In this document: positions 63,201-64,000 of the stretch, one piece after another | Layout: each line of letters opens with the position of its first letter | How positions within the stretch are numbered: position 1 is the first letter of the stretch | DNA from: Chloroflexota bacterium | Lineage (GTDB): Bacteria; Chloroflexota; Limnocylindria; QHBO01 | NCBI GenBank assembly: GCA_038040195.1 | Contig: JBBPIR010000002.1 | Location: 69,296-133,295 of the forward strand | Direction of reading: 5' to 3' | DNA: 64,000 bases | Notes under the pieces: model-generated | What the model was told of the DNA's origin: nothing | The model's database searches: none | What the model saw: the letters and a program-made list of their open reading frames with translations, nothing else | Translations under genes and position numbers: made by a program

Positions 63201-63358
63201 CACAGGCGCGCGTGCTTGCCGCGTCCGGTCACTCTCGAGCCGCGATGGCCGCCGCGAGGGCTGCGGAGGATTCCTTCTTCCAGAAGGGGAACGTCGTCTA
63301 CATGGAGCGCGCCCGCCAGCTCTGCCACGAGCTCGAAGGGCTCGGATCGGTTCGTTGA
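60209..63358 (+). CDS. Zinc-ribbon + class III adenylyl cyclase + STAND NTPase + TPR protein (paralog C, divergent).
   Basis: CPTCGHENP...FCGNC. Cyclase motifs FCDVSGST, EKFIGDAVMAVFG, GDAVNVAARLE. Walker A GEAGVGKSRL. Long helical C-terminus. The start could instead be the TTG at 60173. Confidence 0.8.
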   Translation: MRACPTCGHENPENSRFCGNCANLLEAAAPERRKLATLLFCDVSGSTALGEQLDPETVRELMFRYFHTMRDAIEGHGGTVEKFIGDAVMAVFGIPESHEDDALRAVRAAAEMQERMAELNVELARTHGQELRLRIGVNTGEVVSGDATSRVALVTGDAVNVAARLEQAAAPGEVLLGPMTHRLVAHAVDAEATKPLELKGKADALPAYRLLAVSSTERRAPRALTEMMGRDAELADLRAIIDRVGTGRRAEMAIVIGEAGVGKSRLAAEFLARLPTQHVVLQGRCLSYGAGITYWPIGEIARCAARIHDEDEPLSALAKLEALIGGEDGEVAALRVGQAIGLAGGAAPAEEISWAVRRLLEAVAQEAVAVVVIDDLQWAEPALLSLVRQLVTSVDAPVLLLCLARPELLETHPDWPLQLLLDPLGATDIHRLIGALLDTRTDAGQRLMQRLVETAGGNPLFAEELVSSLVEEGHIRHGEAGLIADDAPERIRLPDALGALLGARIDRLASAPRQVLEGGSVEGEVFHRGAATALSGAPHGVAPALDELAAKRWVYPARSDFVDDAAFRFRHLLVRDAAYGAIPKRRRAVLHRLFADWLSARAGTRATEFEEIMGYHLEQSYRYQCELGPPDSETVAIGDRSSELLHAAGRRAVLRGDQAARRLLQRAVDLASDQLRRMGIEIELATVPMTPKSEALAQLASIHERAEAAGAELLALHARTEELWILSWTDPIGAPGRITELESIIGRLEGLRDPDGLARALRLLAEERFQAGRGALALELIDQAIGAAREVGDTLLEDTAVERRLQYMVCAPIHSSKVVEAAQELLGRSTPLGLGLRAETLKYLAVMLAMLGRSEAARAALAEGSTIEAQLGWRSTGQAGGATLMLTGDLAGAEEVMRAGLATLEEAGDIGMAATSRAELAQVLFARGATDEAMEKAETVEAMTSPDDISAVIPARCVRAQVLAARGEWDGAIQLAESAVALADTSDWPGLRGEARLSQARVLAASGHSRAAMAAARAAEDSFFQKGNVVYMERARQLCHELEGLGSVR

Positions 63359-63461
63359 CCCTCGTTTTGGCATCGGTGTATAGTCGGCCGGCGTATCGCG
63401 CAGATGTGGGCCACGCGTCCGTCATCGGACCGTGGCTCATGTGTTGAAGGAGTAGATACCG

Positions 63462-64000
63462 ATAGCCAAGGACCTCCGCATCAACGAGATGATCCGTGTC
63501 CGCGAGGTGCGGGTCATCGACGATGAGGGTCAGCAGCGCGGCGTGATGCCGACCGCAGAGGCTCTCGCGCTGGCGCAGGAGCGTGGCCTCGACCTGGTCG
63601 AGGTGGCTCCCACGGCGGTCCCCCCGGTGTGTCGGTTCCTCGACTACGGCCAGTACAAGTACGAGATCCAAAAGCGCGAACGCGAAGCGAAGAAGCGCCA
63701 GAAGTCGCAGACCTTCAAGGAGATCCGGTTCCGGGTCAAGATCGACAGGCACGACCTGGAGACGAAGACCCGCCGGGCGTCTCAGTTCCTGGACGATGGC
63801 GACCGGGTGAAGGTGGCGGTCCAGTTCCGCGGGCGGGAGCTCAATCACCCACAGCTCGGACGAGCATTGCTCGATCGGGCGGCCGAGATGATCGGCGACC
63901 ACGGAGTGATGGAGCGGTCGCCGCTGATGGAGGGCCGGAGCCTGTTCATCGTGATGGCTCCGCCTGGTTCCAAGGTGGAGCGCAGAGACGACCAGTCGGG
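63462..64000 (+). CDS. infC: Translation initiation factor IF-3, 3-prime-truncated by the window end. Non-ATG (ATA) start likely.
   Basis: DLRINEMIRVREVRVIDDEGQQ...LDLVEVAPTAVPPVCRFLDYGQYKYE typical IF3. GAAGGAG ribosome-binding site 9 nt before the ATA at 63462. The first in-frame ATG is at 63489. Confidence 0.8.
   Translation, partial: MAKDLRINEMIRVREVRVIDDEGQQRGVMPTAEALALAQERGLDLVEVAPTAVPPVCRFLDYGQYKYEIQKREREAKKRQKSQTFKEIRFRVKIDRHDLETKTRRASQFLDDGDRVKVAVQFRGRELNHPQLGRALLDRAAEMIGDHGVMERSPLMEGRSLFIVMAPPGSKVERRDDQS

Noticed and set aside
52585-63358. Interpretation of the cyclase genes as a Pycsar system (pyrimidine cyclase plus cNMP-binding effector).
   Set aside because: No cNMP-binding effector is adjacent. 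The only cNMP-binding protein is 22 kb away and has no effector domain. The specificity residues look adenine-type (Lys/Asp), and the cyclase is fused to a STAND NTPase, which Pycsar cyclases are not.
1-64000. CRISPR arrays, IS elements, rRNA genes.
   Set aside because: No spaced identical short repeats, no transposase-like ORFs and no rRNA-like conserved stretches were seen anywhere in the window.

Overview
This 64 kb window is high-GC (roughly 70%), gene-dense chromosomal DNA of an actinobacterium-like organism, with about 60 protein-coding genes and two tRNA genes (tRNA-Arg-CCT, tRNA-Val-GAC). I found no transposase, integrase, CRISPR array or rRNA. Most of the provided six-frame ORFs are overlapping antisense or frame-shifted artefacts of high-GC sequence. 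The real genes are one per locus, often with GTG/TTG starts and 4-bp start/stop overlaps.

Main content, in order:
- an EtfD-like membrane Fe-S reductase, a class III aminotransferase, an acyl-CoA dehydrogenase and etfB-etfA;
- nrdR-dcd;
- two tandem cupredoxin lipoproteins;
- a copper-handling operon (CopC-CopD-cytochrome c fusion, a cupredoxin-fold lipoprotein, an unusual Cys-cluster polytopic membrane protein and CcdA);
- an oligopeptide-type substrate-binding protein, an HExxH peptidase and two DUF881 proteins;
- tldD-pmbA-DUF951-MFS;
- an ice-binding-like secreted protein, an SH3b/YVTN lipoprotein and an orphan cNMP-binding protein;
- pdxH, a class V aminotransferase, a HAD hydrolase and a three-domain LigD;
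- an XRE-TPR regulator, a Cys-based phosphatase and a zinc-ribbon/septum-formation protein;
- a 1160-aa RecB-like nuclease/SF1 helicase fusion;
- paaABCD (no paaE) and thrS;
- three tandem ~1000-aa paralogs of a zinc-ribbon + class III adenylyl cyclase + STAND P-loop NTPase + TPR protein, inserted between thrS and infC;
- infC, truncated at the window end.

The two most unusual loci are the triplicated cyclase-STAND-TPR array and the copper cluster. In the cyclase array, the two nearly identical copies flank a cupredoxin gene and a truncated methyltransferase fragment at the duplication junction. The copper cluster contains a CopCD-cytochrome c fusion and an uncharacterised Cys-rich membrane protein.
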